The translations under genes were made by a program, and so were the position numbers. Below the pieces are notes generated by a model. That model had not been told where the DNA came from, did no database searches, and saw only the letters and a list, made by a program, of their open reading frames with translations. A DNA stretch of 59,438 nt, counting the filler, from Callorhinchus milii (taxonomy: Eukaryota), in assembly GCF_018977255.1 (NCBI RefSeq). It is 3 parts of 3 records of this genome, joined end to end, with 100 filler letters (N's around TTAATTAATTAA, not from the genome) between each part and the next. Parts side by side here need not be neighbours in the genome. Positions count along the whole stretch, not along the records: positions 1 to 24,988 come from NW_024704746.1; positions 25,089 to 48,984 come from NW_024704749.1; 1 more part is not named here. One strand, written 5' to 3'. This document shows, piece after piece, positions 13,836 through 28,169 of the stretch (position 1 is its first letter; each line of letters starts with the position of its first letter).

Positions 13836-14270
13836 TCAACAACAACAACAAATTGCATTTATATAGCTCCTTTCTCGTTGTATGGATGTCCAAAGGCACT
13901 GGTCAGTGAAGGGTTTGCACTTGAGCTGGGGGTTGGAATCAAGAGAGGGGGTGGGGGCGAGGAGGATGGAGGGAGGGTCATTGAAGTGACAGCTAAAGAG
14001 GAAGGTCTTGAGATGGCCTTGAATGAGGCAAAGGGAGGGGTGAGGCAAAGGGACTCTGGGATGGAGCTCTAAAGGGTGGGGGTAGAAAGGCTGAAGGACC
14101 AACCATCAATGATGGGCGGGGACATGAAGCAGGCCAGTGCCTGCAGAGCGGAGGGAGCGACAGGTTGGTAATGGTTTAGCAGGTTCAAGAGGTAGGGAGG
14201 AGCAAGACCTTGGAGGGCTTTAAAAATGCGGACGTAGATCTTGAACTCCATCCTCTGGAGGATGGGGTGC
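13836..14270 (-). mobile_element. L2 LINE 3' fragment
   Basis: EFKIYVRIFKALQGLAPPYLLNLL resembles the L2 ORF2 C-terminus; (TTG)n tail. Confidence 0.75.
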
Positions 14271-16733
14271 ATTCTTTCGACTATCTGGATAATCTGGAGC
14301 TTTAAAACGTGTCATCCGATCTCTGATCAAATCTGGCTTCATCCTGCCTGCAACATTGCCCGCTTCTAACCCTACCTCAGCCCCAGAACATTCAAAACTC
14401 TCATCCAAACCTTTGTCACCTTCAAACTTGGGTTCTCCAATGCGCCACTCACCAGTCCTTCCAGCTCTAGATCCAGATCATCCAGAGCTCCACATTCCCT
14501 TTCACACAAGGCTACACGAACCCATTACCCAATCCTCACTATGCTCCACTGACTGCCTACTTGACTGTGAGTTAAATAATAATATTAATTCTTGCATAAT
14601 AATGCAGAATGCCCTCCTGCATGTGCTGGCAAGGCAGGATCCATATTAGCCTTTAAAGGGAACTAGCTAGATATCTAAAAGAGAATGAGTTACAGTGGTA
14701 TGTGAAAAAGGCAAGCAAATGGGCCTAAATGGATCGCTCTCAAAGAGCCAGCACAGTTATTATAGGCCAAATAGTCTTCTTCTTTGTTGCAAATTTCTAT
14801 GGTTCTGTTCCCCGGTGAATCAAAATTAAGATCCTCGTTCTCACCTTAAATAGCCTCCACTCTACCACCTTCCTCAGTCCTACTTGGTGCCTCTGCCCCC
14901 TTCGCTCCACCATCAGTGGCCAAGATTTCAGTCGCTTTGCCCCATTCTTTTGAACTCTCTCCCAAAATTCCTCCACCTTGCTTCCTCCCTCTCTACTTTT
15001 AAAGCCTTTCTTTTAGATTTTACCTACCATCTACCCTTCCTATCTTTCACTCAGCTCGAGATACCACTCTGTCTTTGTAAAGCACTTTGAGATATTTGCC
15101 TACATGAGAGGCACTATATAAATAAAAACTGTTAATAATATATAATTTTTCAGCAGATAGTTTTTCACTCACAAACTCATCTATCTTATCTTTTAGGGAG
15201 ACAAGAGCACATATTTATTGCCGTCAGTTCTGAATAGTTTGGGAGGAAGTTAATCTATCAATTCAAATCTCATTTGAAATTGCTGCTCTGTCAAATTGAA
15301 ATGAAGTCGTTGACATGTACTAAAAGAACATCTACTAAAACTCATGTCATGTCAAAGGATTAAACTCTGGATTTGGGGGATTTGGGGGCGCATAAGCCTA
15401 ACATTCCCCTCAGCTCAATGTTCAAAGGGGTTTTGAACTTAGAAACTCTTAAACGACAACAAGGTTACATTTGTATAGCGCCTTTCACGTCAGGAGGACG
15501 TGATATCTCATTCAAGCTCTCATAAACAGCTTGAATAACCTGCCTCAACGATTGTACCCATAATGTAATCTAACTGTTCCTAACCTTGGGACGTCCTCCC
15601 GACGTGAAAGGCACTGTACAAATGCAATTTTGCATTGTATTGTATCATGCCGTTGTACTTCCAGGTATTACCACAGTGTGCAATGGTATGCCTGCTCACA
15701 TAGCCTGAATGTGTAGTTAGATGAATGCTATCCTTTCATTACCTTCCTTCAACGTGGTAGTCATGTTGAAGTGCAAACACCTGTCATCTGTGACTGATAG
15801 ATATGTTTGGCTCTGTTATAGTTGACCCGTGCGACTAAAGATAGTGCTGTGGGGCAACATGCCGTAGCTCTGTGCCGTTCCTGTCTTTCAGCAGCAAAGA
15901 TACCACGTAATCCTTCATTAAGTGGATGAGAGATTTATCCGGGGGACTGTTGGCCAAGACATTGGAAGATAATCCCTCCTTTTTTCCAGTAGTTCCGTGA
16001 GATCTTTAATATCCACATGAACAGGCAGATGGGATCAGTGTGTCAACCGAGACTATGATTTCAAGGTCCCCACACATGGGTCTCGCACCCACAAACTTCT
16101 GATTCAGTAAGACTGCTACCAACTGAACCAGGCTGATACCTGAGTGACACATCTTATCATCATCGCAATCACAATGTTTCTCTCCGACTCTGAGACATTA
16201 GGACTCGATGTAGCAAAAGCTCAATCACAGCTGTTGTCTTGTTGAACGATTGCATTTACAGTTACCACTGTATACAATTTGTACTGTCTCAAAGGAGGAT
16301 ACGAGTAAAATTGTACACGTCATCTCTCTATTGGTTTGTCTCGTAAGTACTGTCCAGCTGTTCAAGACTCGTCTCCTACAGTATCTCAAGTTCACTTCTC
16401 CAGAGTTCATCGCCAGTACTTTAAACCACGAGAAAGACCCAGGGGCAGGAAGCTAACTTTTACAATCCATTCAGATTCACTGTTCCTTGAATCATTCATG
16501 AAATAATGTGGTTGATTGATGGGGTACAAGTGATCTACAATAGTTTCCTTCAAAGTTCATGTCCTGTTGTACATACGCGCAGCTCTCCTCAGACTCTGGT
16601 CAAAATGATTGGAAGTGGAAAATATTAAATATTTTTCCCATTCCAGCAGGAAACATTGGGTTAAGATGTTACCTATTGTCCTATTGACCATCATATTTAG
16701 TGTTATGATTAATATCTCTGTTTACCTAGCAAT

Positions 16734-17356
16734 GGAGTCCTGTAGCTCAGTGGTTAGAGCGCTTGTCTCGAAAGCAAGAGACCTGGGTTTTATTCCTGGG
16801 CAGAGCGAAATGTTGGGCAAACTTTCTTACTCCACACGCCTCTGTTTACCTAGCAGTAAGTGGGAACCTGGTTGTTAGTCGATTGGTGGATTACTTTTCT
16901 GGGGTACTAATTCCTTAAATAAAATAACAAATTGGTCACTCAATTCATGACTGTTTGTGGGATGCTGTTGTGCGCGATTGGCTGCCACGTTTCGTCCACA
17001 AAATATACAGTCAATTCGCTTTACAGTATATTCTGCAAAGTGTTTTGAGACGTCTCGAAGATGTGATAAGGTGCTATATCAAATGCAAGGATTATTATTA
17101 TTATTAATAAGTAGAAACCCGATTGTCAGTCGATTGGCGGATCACTTTCCGGGGCTAATAAACCCTTAAAAAAATAGTAATTTGGTCACTCACTCCACGA
17201 CTGTTTGTGGAAGACTACTGTGCACACTTGGCTGGTGCATTTCACCCACAAATACATAATAAATCAATCCACTTTACAGTATATGCTGTGAAGCGTTTTC
17301 AGACGTCTCGAAGACGTGATAAGGCTCTGTATCAAATGCAAGGATTATTATTATTA
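16734..17356 (+). mobile_element. Full-length SINE (16734-17105) followed directly by a second 5'-truncated SINE
   Basis: GGAGTCCTGTAGCTCAGTGG head; two cores and two (TTA)n tails in tandem. Confidence 0.85.
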
Positions 17357-19142
17357 AGATTATGTTGTCTCGCCCTTACCCTTAAACATGGACAGATTCA
17401 TTTGTATGGACAGGGCTGGATCTTTTGTGTCATTGTCAAGTCGAGTCATTTATTATTCCCAATTCTTAATTTAGGCGATCAAAAATCGGATTAGAGGTTG
17501 ACAGGATTTCTGGTTTATCAAAGCTTTGCCAATCCTCAATCTTTTAGGGTTTATTGGCTACAAGCCAGTCTTGAGCCAACGAAAAAATTACTTTTTTTTT
17601 TAAAACAAGTTGCTTTCTACATTCCAAAATGATCAGTGGGAGACAGAAGAAAAATAGAAAAGTGGGTGAAATCTTTCAAAGTTAAAATAAACACAGCAAA
17701 GACAGATATGAAATAAGAGCAGCCAGATGGAATAAGTAGGATGAAACAAAAGGAACATGTGAAATAAGGAAAGCACCGGTAAAGATTTTAAAGTGTTTTG
17801 TTGAAATACTTCAAGCTAAACACTTGAAGCATGAGAAGCTGTTGAAACCAGTCTCGAAATTACATTCTGTATATATTTAAGAGTTAATATTTCAGCAATA
17901 AAGGTACCTTGATTGGGAGCTTTAATATTGTAACGTAAGTGTACACTTTACACTAAAACAGCCATTTTGCACTTGCAACTCTGCAAAATAAAATAAGAAT
18001 GATCCTTGCATTTGATATAGCGCTTATCATGCCTTCGAGACGTCTCAAAGTGCTTCACAGAATATACTGCAAAGGGAATTGACCGTATATTTTTACGGGC
18101 GAAAATATCTAAACCTATGGGAAATGCATCTTAGAAAGATCAATGATTTTATTTAGTGGATTAAATTTCGTTCTACAAATCTGGCAGTTTTTAAAATAGT
18201 TTAGGCCCAAACACATTAAACTACAGGAGACTGGAAGACTCACAATGATCTAAGCTACTGAAGGTGTACACGGTATAATTAGTAAAAGCAGTTCTGAAAT
18301 GGCTAGTAAGATTTTTAGCTGCATAAAAAAATTACAGCAAGCGAAGAAAAAGACCATTACTTGCAGCTTGTGCGGATTCATTCAACTATTCCCTAAAGGG
18401 AAGGTTCAAAGCCCTGACATAAAGTATCTCAGCATTTCCTCAGAGCACCAGTCTCATTTTCCCTTGCGTTCTCCAAAATATTTACGTGTGGATTAGAGTA
18501 GCACGAGTTGAGTCATGAACAGAGAGCAGCTGTCTATAAGCAGTGACCTCAGCGATGTGAGGAGAAACATGTAATGCTGTGAAGGCGCTCAGTCCTCATA
18601 GGGCACGAGAGACAGGAGAACTTTCCATAACTGGATGACATAATCACACTCACAGCGCACGGACCGAAAGACAGACATTTCCCATCTGAGACGTTGGGAA
18701 TGATGTTGTAACACTCGTGTTACAGTTCACATGCTTCACACCGACTCTGCTGTCATTGCTGAGCATTGAAAAACTCAATGAGCTCCCTGCGTGTATGTGC
18801 ATCTTGTCAAGGTTAGGTCCAAACAAAACAGAAATCAGACCCAAGGAACCAGTCTAGACTTTTAGTGACATTAGTGTCTTTGCATATGATATAGCGGTTT
18901 ATCAGGTCATCGAGAGGCCTCAAAGCGCTTCACAGGATATACTGTAATGCGTTACATCGGAGAAGCTACGGTGTTTGACATGCAGATCATGCTCTGTATC
19001 TTTGCAGCGCCCACATGCCGTATGCAACAATTGTACTATCTTTACCTACATCGGGGGAAAGGAACGTTTCATTTGCTATCTTACTCTTATTCTTTAAAAT
19101 GGGTTATGAAGAAGGCCCTTCGGCCCATTTGATCTCAGCTGT

Positions 19143-19400
19143 GCGTCAGCCTTGCTCAGTGGTAGCATTCTCGCCTCCGAGTTGGAGGTTGGAGTCTCAA
19201 TTGAGACTTGAAGTGACATTGTCTAAGGCTAGGAACATGTTGTATTGTCGGACTTGCTGTCTTTCGGCTGAGATGTTAAACCAAGGCGCCATCTGCCTGT
19301 TCAGGTGGACATTAAAGATCTCATGGCATTATTTGAAAAGAGAAGGGAGTTGGTCCTGGTACAAAGTCCACTCATTCGATGGGCTGTTTTTTTGTGAGAA
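19143..19400 (+). mobile_element. Older Deu-domain SINE (SacSINE1/AmnSINE1-like); similar relics near 13200, 15900, 27300, 27700 and 54000
   Basis: GTCTTTCGGCTGAGATGTTAAACCAAGG..GGTGGACATTAAAGATCTCATGGCATTATTTGAA matches the Deu core as I recall it. Confidence 0.65.
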
Positions 19401-20882
19401 GGTGGCAGGATGCCTGTTAAAATAGTCGGCCTAATGCCTGATGGGGTTAGTTTGAAGGACCTAGTCCATAGAGGTTAGGCATAACTTCACATCAGTTGTC
19501 AGAGTTTTCCATGTGGGCTCACCAGAAAAGGCATCAGTAAGTCAAAAATAATAAATTATGGAGGGATGGATGGCAGCCAAATAATTCCTACTTTTGTACA
19601 AGTTGGATGTGTTTTCTAAGAAAAATGAATACAGCCATTGAAAAAATGAAAAAAAAGCCAGAAACAACTGATTTGCTATTTTTCATTTCTTGACATGCTT
19701 TACTTAATTATAGATAGACTAACGTCCGAGTTTTTGAAATAATAGTTAATTTCTGCTTCTCAACATATCAAATGCAAGGATTATTGTTATTATCTAGATT
19801 TGTTAATTGGAGTACAATGTCCAGAAGCACAGACATCGGACCCTAAGAAAAAAGAAAGAAATTACAGTTTCTCAGCACATTATCTCATCACATTGAAACA
19901 TCGCATTATTGTATTCAGCAGAGAAGATGTATCTCATTTACCTCACTGGTACCTGGATAGACAAAAGATAAATACACATTGTAAGTGTTTGGCAACTTTG
20001 ACATTTCTATTACAATATTCTGTTGTTTCGGGCAATGTGATCATCATAAATACAATTACAAGATACAATAGAGATTGTTAAACTCAGCATGTTTTTCACT
20101 AAATCACCATTCCTCATCATTTCTTCTGTAAAGTGCCCAAGTTGTTTTATTAACAACGCATTACCGTGTGACTGTTAATGATGGAGATGAGTATTAAATT
20201 ATTATTTAGCCCAGACTATAAATAACGATGCATTATCAATAAAAGAACTAATGTTGTTAATTAATTGTTCCGTTTCAAACAACAATGTTGGGATTAGCAC
20301 GATATCACTTTATTTTGTTTTGAAATACTGAAATTTGGGTCTAAAACTTAAAAACGGGGTTACCATAGAATCCAGAGTCTAGTCTCACGTCCATTTTCTC
20401 ACGAAAGATGGTAGTCCAATTCTCATCATCAAAGAAAAAAAAACGTAATTTAAAATTTGAACTTAATCCAAGTGTGTGTATGTGTTTAAGGTCACTTACA
20501 TTTTTGGCTTACATCGTGAGAAAGTTGTATTGGTCATGCTGTCCTAGTGAGGGGAGTTAGTCCCCCAGCCCAGCTGTGTATGTTTAGATTTCCCAATGGA
20601 TTATCAGTATAACCTCAAAATGTTCCTCTAACCTCATCCCACAACTGGAACCAGACCACTGATTCGATGCTGCAAACTACGAAATGAGCGACAATTAAAA
20701 AATATATATTATACAAGATAGAAAGAAGGAGAAAAGTTGATGGGAAAGTAGGAAACAGCTTTAGCCTGACCTGTGCCCCTCAGATCCAGAGAAGCTTCTG
20801 CTCCCACAATATCGAACCATCTGCAATCAGCAAAGCTTTGAATAACTGGGAACGTAGCAGTTAGCATCGATTGTATTAATAG

Positions 20883-21237
20883 TAATAATAATCCTTGCAT
20901 TTGATCTACGCCTTATCACGTCTTTGAGGCGTCTCAAAGCGCTTCACAGAATATACTGTAAAGTGAATATTTTGTGGCCGAAACACGACAGCCAATTGCA
21001 CACAGCAGCGTCCCACAAACAGTCAGGGATTGAGTGACCAAATTATTATTATTTTTTTGATTATTGTCCCGGGAAAAGTGATCTGCCAATTGACTAACAG
21101 CTGGGTTCCTACTTACTGCTCGTTAAACAGAGACGTGTGGAGTAAGGAAACTTGCCCAAGTTTCGCCCTGCCAGGGAATCAAATCCAGATCCTCTTGCTT
21201 GCGAGGCGAGTGCTCTAACCGCTGAGCCACAGAATTT
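20883..21237 (-). mobile_element. Full-length SINE
   Basis: Same head, core and tail as 6958-7333. Confidence 0.85.
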
Positions 21238-23329
21238 CAAGGGTTTCACAGGTAAAAGTTCATCGCAATCATTGGGATTCATCAGCATTTGTATTTCACG
21301 TTGGATGCAGTATTTGGACATATTCCAGTTCCATGTTTTCTGACAGATGAAGTCAGCGAGGTGTTTGGACACAGAAAGGATGATAGAGGTGGTCTAGAGT
21401 GGAATCACGTAGCTGAGGAAGATAATGGAATGAACAACATCTTTTCCAATGTGTTCATTCAGAAAATCTACTATAATGGTGCAACGTGATAATAATCATA
21501 ATAATCCTGGAGTTTGATACAGCGCCTTATCATGTCTTCGAGACGTCTCAAAGCGCTTCACAGATTATACTGTAAAGTGAATTGACTGTATATTTTGAGG
21601 GCGAAACGTGCTGTTAATGTTCAATTGTGTCTAAACCATTGAATCACTGAAACAATTTCCTTCGAGGTGGACCTGACTGCCTACATTCAGTAGTTAGTGG
21701 TTTTGTTCCAATTCTCATACTTGCAGACGTAGCTCACTAACCTCAGTGCACCCTGCTTCTGTTTTGGCTGTTCAGTTCCGTGACTGTTTAATTGGACTCT
21801 TTGGTTTGCTTTTAAACAATGTGTTACAGAATATCTTCTGTCTCAATGAGTGTTTAGAGTTGGTGCCACACTATGAACTGTGTATTGTAGATAAATGCAT
21901 ATTCTTTAATGTCTGCACTGGAAAGCGCTAAATATTCTCACACTCCAAATAATAATAATCCTTGCGTTTGATATAGTACCTTAGCTTCGAGACATCTCAA
22001 AGCGCTTCACAGAATATACTGTAAATTATGTGAGCAAATGCGGCAGCCAGTTTTGCTCACAGCAATGTCCCAGAAACAGTCATGAAGTGAATGACCAATT
22101 TTATGTGAAAGTAATTTTTCTGGGTTAATTTTTCTTATCATATTATGTGTAATATATACCTGTGTAATGAAAGTGTCTCTTTTCAAGTGCTATTTTAATA
22201 ATGAGGTGCATTAATGCGTTCAGCCTAAATTGTATTCAGGAACTTTATGTTCCATATCCATATCCAATGTTAATATTCTTTTAAGTGCCCTTCCATAAAC
22301 ACTTGGCATTATTTCTCAAGCTCTTTTGTAATAGGAGAAGGTCAAATTTAAGACTTATTTTCTTCTTCCTAAGATGATCCGAGAGCTTCTTATAAAGAAG
22401 CAATCCTTCGTCCTTTTTTTACCCCATTCCCTGAATCTCTGAAATAGATCTTATTACACTTTTTTTTAGGTACCAGCATCAAATGCTCTGGAATAATGCT
22501 GAACTCAATAAACTCACTCTGTGTAAAACAGTTGGGTTACAGTCATTCTTTTGTATTTCTGGCATTATGCAACAGCTGAACAAAAGCTGAGGAACACTAG
22601 CCCCATTGTAAACGTTTTTAAATAGAAGACGAAACAGGCAGTCTGTTTTTATCAAATGACAAATATAACAATATTCACTCAATCCACGGCTGTTGTGGGC
22701 GCTGCTGTGCGCAATTGGCTGCCGTATTTCACCCACAAAATATACAGTCAATTCACTTTACAGTACATTCTGTGAAACGCTTTGAGACGTCTCAAAGGCG
22801 CTGTATCAAATGCAAGGATCATTATTATTACTATTATTTTTGTTCGCGAAATATTACAAAGTTATTCCTGTAACTGTGTTGAATTGTTTCAATAAAACGC
22901 TGTAAGTTGTTTTCTGAGTTCAGTGACACATATGTTCATTGAAATGTTTTGTGCAATTCTGTTGCCCCCAACTGAAACAATAGAGAATAACAAGGATTGC
23001 AAAGGCCAAGCAATGCTCATTATTTTATGAGTCTTGATGCAGATTGGATAATAATAAAAATAATGATAATAATCCTTGCATTTGGTATAGCGCCTTATCA
23101 CGTCGTTGAGACGTCTCAAAGCGCTTCGCAGGACAGACTGTAAAGTGGAGTGACTGTGTGGAAACACAGGAGTGAGAGAAACTGGAAAACACATTCCAGT
23201 CTGAACTATCCTATCTTCAAAATACTCTATACCATTGCTCCTCACGCACCTCACATACTTCACATAGTTTCTATCTCCAAATCCCCTTTGTGACCATAAG
23301 CCTTTCTTTGTGGGGAATAATTAACAAAA

Positions 23330-23660
23330 ATCTCTCCCTCCACTCCCTACTCGAAACCCTCCAGGCCGGTTTTTCCACTGCCCACAGCACAGCGATCGTC
23401 AAAATGACTAATGACACCCTCCCTCTGTGACCAGGGCTCACTCTGCCTCCTCGGTCTCCTGGCCCTCTCAGCCACGTTCGTCACAGCTGATCACACCACC
23501 TTCCTCCACCGCCTCCGCTCCCTCATCCACCTCATGCACTCGCACTCGCGCGGTTCAAGCCCTACTGAGCAAACTGACAACAATACATCACGGCAAGTGG
23601 TTTTCCCTCAATGCCACGTTCGCATTGTCCAGAGTCCTGTTTCTGTAAATCCTGCTAACT
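23330..23660 (+). mobile_element. L2 reverse-transcriptase fragment
   Basis: CDQGSLCLLGLLALSATFVTADHTTFLHRL, a decayed form of LVLLDLSAAFDTVDH. Confidence 0.78.
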
Positions 23661-23725
23661 GAAATCCTGATGATCTGGATCGTAAAAGGTATAGATAGGC
23701 AGGATTCCAATATCACGATTGACTT

Positions 23726-24058
23726 ATAATAACCCTCGCATTTGATACAGCGCCTTATCACGTCTTCGAGACGTCTCAAAGCGCTTCACTGAATATACTG
23801 TAAAGTGAATGGACCCTATGTTTTGCGGGCGAATTGCCAATCGCGCACAGCAGCGTCCCACAAACAGTCATCTGTTATTTTTTTAAGGAATTAGTGCCCC
23901 AGAAAAGCGATCCGTCAATCGACTAACAACCAGGTTCCCACTTACTGCTGGTAAACAGAGGCGTGTGGAGTAAGGAAGTTTGCCCAACATTTCGCCCGGC
24001 CCGGGAATCGAACCCAGGGCTTGCGAGGCGAGGGCTCTAACCGCTGAGCTACAGGACT
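23726..24058 (-). mobile_element. Full-length SINE
   Basis: Same family. Confidence 0.85.
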
Positions 24059-24988
24059 TTTTACGATTAAGAAGTCCACAAGGGCAAGTAAGGTTTTGAG
24101 GTTCAAAGCGAGAAGGTAAAACAAACAGTTTAAATATAACTACTTCAACCAATATTGGTGACGTGTGTGCTCGGGAAGGAGAGAGGCCACTATCAAAAGC
24201 AAATTAGGCAGGTTTGTGTTTGGGGTGTGGGGGATTCAGAGATAGTGCTGTAGCGTTAATAAATACGAGTCCAGGACAGACGACAGCAGTGGTTGTTTTT
24301 CAGATGGGGGCCACATCCTTGTGGCTTACGCTATATGGCCTGGTTTTATAGTTTTATACTATAAAATCAATGCCAAGAGGAAAAGAGGTTTTATGGGGAC
24401 AGGTGGAATTTGCACTGCTTCGTTTGAATGCCCCCTCCCCGCAGGTCAGGACTGCTCAAATCCTCCTCCCTCCACAAGCTGCAGGTCACCCAGAACCCTG
24501 GGACTCGTGTCCTCTCCACCCCTCCGTATAAACCACTCCGAGACGCCTTCGGCCACCCTCCTGCCTTCTCCGCCCTTCCTAATCCCAACACCACCCCCCC
24601 GCCCTCCCCCCCACTCCGCTCGGGTCCTCATCCCTGACTGTTCAGCGTCTTGGGACGTCCTCCTCGAGGTGAATTGGAGGGCTCAGCAGGTCAGGCAGTA
24701 TCTATGGAGAGGAAAGGGAGTCAGCGGTTCTTTCGTCGGAACCTTTATTTCAGATTCGCGGCATCTGACGTGCAGCACCGGAACCAAATAACAACAACAA
24801 CAACTTTGGTCACTGCAATCCACGGCCGGGAGCAATCGGCCACCGCGTTTCACTCTCCTAACACACAGTCACTACACTTCACAGTGTGTCCCGTGAAGCG
24901 CTTTGCGACGTCTCGAAGACGCGATGAGAGGCGCTGTGTGAATTGCAAGGAATATTATTATTATTATTATCTGCAGTATTCTGGGAGG

Positions 24989-25088
24989 NNNNNNNNNNNN
25001 NNNNNNNNNNNNNNNNNNNNNNNNNNNNNNNNTTAATTAATTAANNNNNNNNNNNNNNNNNNNNNNNNNNNNNNNNNNNNNNNNNNNN
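24989..25088. other. Artificial 100-bp spacer N44-TTAATTAATTAA-N44
   Basis: The 12-mer gives stops in all six frames and is a known pseudomolecule joining linker; identical copy at 48985-49084. Confidence 0.95.
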
Positions 25089-25089
25089 G

Positions 25090-25930
25090 CAATAACAACA
25101 ACAAATGGCATTTACATGACGTCTTCCACGTCGGGAGGACGCCTTAACGTGCTGAACAGTCAAGGGTTCGCACTCAAATCAAGCGGGGTGGAAGGTGGCT
25201 GAAGGCACGGTCAAAAAGGTCTTGAGACGGAGCTTTGAAGGAGGCAGGGGAGAGAGTGAGGCAAAGGGGCTCCAGAGTGTGGAGGGCAGAAAGGCTGAAG
25301 GTCCGCCCGCCGTTGGTGGGGAGGGCAGGGCAGGGCCGGGCAGGGGAACATGGAGCAGGCCAGTGCCCCACGAGTGGAGGGAGCGGGCAGTTTGGTAAGG
25401 TTTTAGCAGGTCGTAGAAGTAAAGGGAGGTGCAAGACCATAGAGGGCTTTAAAAGTGAGGACGAGGATCTTAAACTCGACCCCCTGGGGGGGTGAGGAAC
25501 CAGTGGAACCGGGCGAGGATGGGGTGATCGGCTCACGGAGAGGATCCGAGCTGCAGAGTTCTGAATAATCTGCAGTTTATGGAGGGAAGCAGGATGTTAG
25601 GCATAGTCATGCTAGATGTGATTAAAGCATGGATGAGGGTCACAGCGGCCTGAGGGGAAAGGCAGTGGCGGAGGCAGGCGATGTTGCGGAGGTGGTTGTG
25701 GGGGGGGGGGGGGGGGGGTTGGAGCCAGCACAGGTCGTGGCACGGATATGGGGCTAAAAGGACAAGGACAATTGAGGGTCGAACAAGGTGCCAAGGTTCT
25801 GTACTGGCTCGTACAGCATCCATGAATTGTGATGCTGTCAGCGCCTGAGGTGAGGAGGCGCTGATGGGAACCAAAGCAAGGAGGACCTCCGTCTTGTCGA
25901 CATTCAGCTGGCTCATCTCACACATTACAG
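25090..25930 (-). mobile_element. L2 LINE 3' ~0.85 kb in TTC28 intron 2
   Basis: QLNVDKTEVLL and RNIACLRHCLSPQAAVTLIHALITS motifs; L2 tail with (TTG)n. Confidence 0.8.
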
Positions 25931-28169
25931 CCTCCCACCTCCTGACAGGAATGGACGGTCGGATGGACAGTTGGCTGGCACTGGGCTCGGGGGAGGAATT
26001 GTCCTACATCAGAGGCTGGAGCAGAGCGTGTGTTAAGAGACACACCGTTACACAGTGAGTAACCCTCACCCCGTGCGGAGCGCTTGTTTGTACACAGAGA
26101 GGAGAGTTATTTGCTGTGTAGCTGGTCTCCCTCTGACACGCACATGTAGATTTGCTAATGGAGGGCAGGTACTTGTTAGTGCTGGATGTGTATCAGGGCC
26201 AATCACGGAGGTTTGAGAGCAGGGAGAGCCAGTGTGGGAATCGTGGCTCGCACAGGTGCGTCCTGTCCCTCAACAGGAAGCAGGTTCCCGGGGGCAGAGA
26301 GCTCCTTCCATTCTGTATTCTTCCATCAGGAAGTCTCCCGTCTGAACCTCAGCTGCCGGCAGGAAGTTTGGGAATTTCAAGAGCCTGAAAAAGGCCCCAC
26401 CAGAGACATGAGATGAAAATTACAGTACATTGTCAAAGAATAGAAATCAGTAACACAATATCAGCCGCTCGCTGTGTGTTTAGCGGAGGGAACCATGGCA
26501 ATTCTTAGGAAAGTGCTCTCTCCCCACACAGCTCCCAGTCGCTCTATCCACTCAGCTCCCTCTCTCCCCACACAGCTGACTCTGTCTCCTGCCCTCTACG
26601 CGTTCCCTTTCTCTAATTTAAGTCTCTGTCTACATCATGTTATCTCATATTCTGTCTCTTGAGGCCCCTCCTTCAGTCTCTCTCGTTCTCTCGCTCAATA
26701 GAATCAGCCACGGTTGATGGAAGTGGACTAACGCCCTATCGTAAACATGGCTGGTAGCGCTCTGGGGCTCTACCCAGCACGAGGGGCGCGATATAAAAGC
26801 AAGCTGTTGTCGTCGGCGCGAGCCGTGCTGTGTTCTGCACGCCATGGCCTGCGTGAGAGCTGGCGTTAGCCCCTGCAATGCACGCACTGTAACACACGGT
26901 CAGTGAGCTGGAGCTGTGCTGCACATGCCCTGCGTTACACATGGTCGGGAGAGCGCTCGATTGAATCACATTTTAGTTTCCATTTAATCAGCACAAACTC
27001 ACTGACAAAGTGCCAGCAGTCCTGCAAGTAAGTGTGCGTCAGGTTCCCTCTGCTGGCGCACACGAATCGCTGCACACTCCATCCAGCACACCAGGATCAG
27101 GCAGGTACCCACTACGTATGATCAGGCAGGTACATTATTATCCCAAGAGAATATTCCATCTTGGTTTGTATCTGGCCTCGTTTATCACCGATCGCTGATC
27201 AGATACCCTTTATTTTCCTCTTTTACAGTGGCTAAGAAAGAACGTGCCTTGTTCGACAGCACCTCATCGAACTGGAATGCTTAGTAATTATTTAGCGTTG
27301 TGACTGATTTGGGGCAAAAGCAGCATCAATGTATCTGGAGGACTGTTGACCAGGACAAGGGGAGGGGAGGGGGGGCGAGAAAAAGTCCCTTCTCTTCTCC
27401 ACGTTGATTTCTAACATCAATCTGAACAGGCAGACGGGACCTCAGCTTAACGCTTGACCAATGATTGGCATCGCCGACAATGCAGTCGCCTGCCCCGCTC
27501 CGTTGTTTCCTTCATTTAGTTATTCATCACAAGCCCGATCAAGCCTTGCTGCTTTGAGTTCAACTGACCTGCGGACACAGTAACTCTCAAACGTGCCAGC
27601 AGAGGCGCGCCACATCCACAGAATCCTAGCGATATTCCCACTTTACGGCACATTATTACGCGTGGACAGACAGATGTACACATTTTGATATCGTCAGCTT
27701 GATCCAACGGTAGCGTTCTCGCCTCGGAGACTGAAAGCTGTGGGTTCAAGTCCCCACGTCGAGACTCGAAATCATATTGTCTAAGCCAGTGGTGTCCAGT
27801 CTTTTTGGTCGGCCAACAAAATAATTGATTTATGCCATAAACGCAGAACCCGATAAAACGCGGACTTACCTAGACTCGTGTGGCCGTAGTTTGGCTGTCC
27901 CCGGTCTAAGCTGACATTCCAATACAGCACTGGGGTGTGTGTTGCGTTGTCAAAAATGCCGTGCTTCGGATGAGACATTAAAACACAGTCCCGCCTGCCT
28001 GTCCAGGCGGACATCAATAGATGCCCCTTGTATCTCCCAATTGATATCTTTCAAGATCTTCTCGAGCTACGCAGAGCCATAATAATATCACCCTCGTGAG
28101 CACCCACCGCTGTGTCTCACTGAGTAGTTCAATGAGCGCCACACACACACACACACACACACACAATGT

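Noticed and set aside
16250-16456. 68-aa plus-strand ORF with a hydrophobic stretch upstream of ABCC9
   Set aside because: No recognisable homology (not CMAS, the human neighbour) and no partner exons found; a BLASTx search would settle it.
21245-21489. Unique segment with partly open frames on both strands
   Set aside because: No family recognised, there is an internal stop, and splice signals are unconvincing.
26755-26815. Apparent TATA box (GATATAAAAG) and CTCF-like GCACGAGGGGCGC
   Set aside because: The stretch is a decayed L2/SINE tail (..GGCGCTATATAAATGCAAGTTGTTG).
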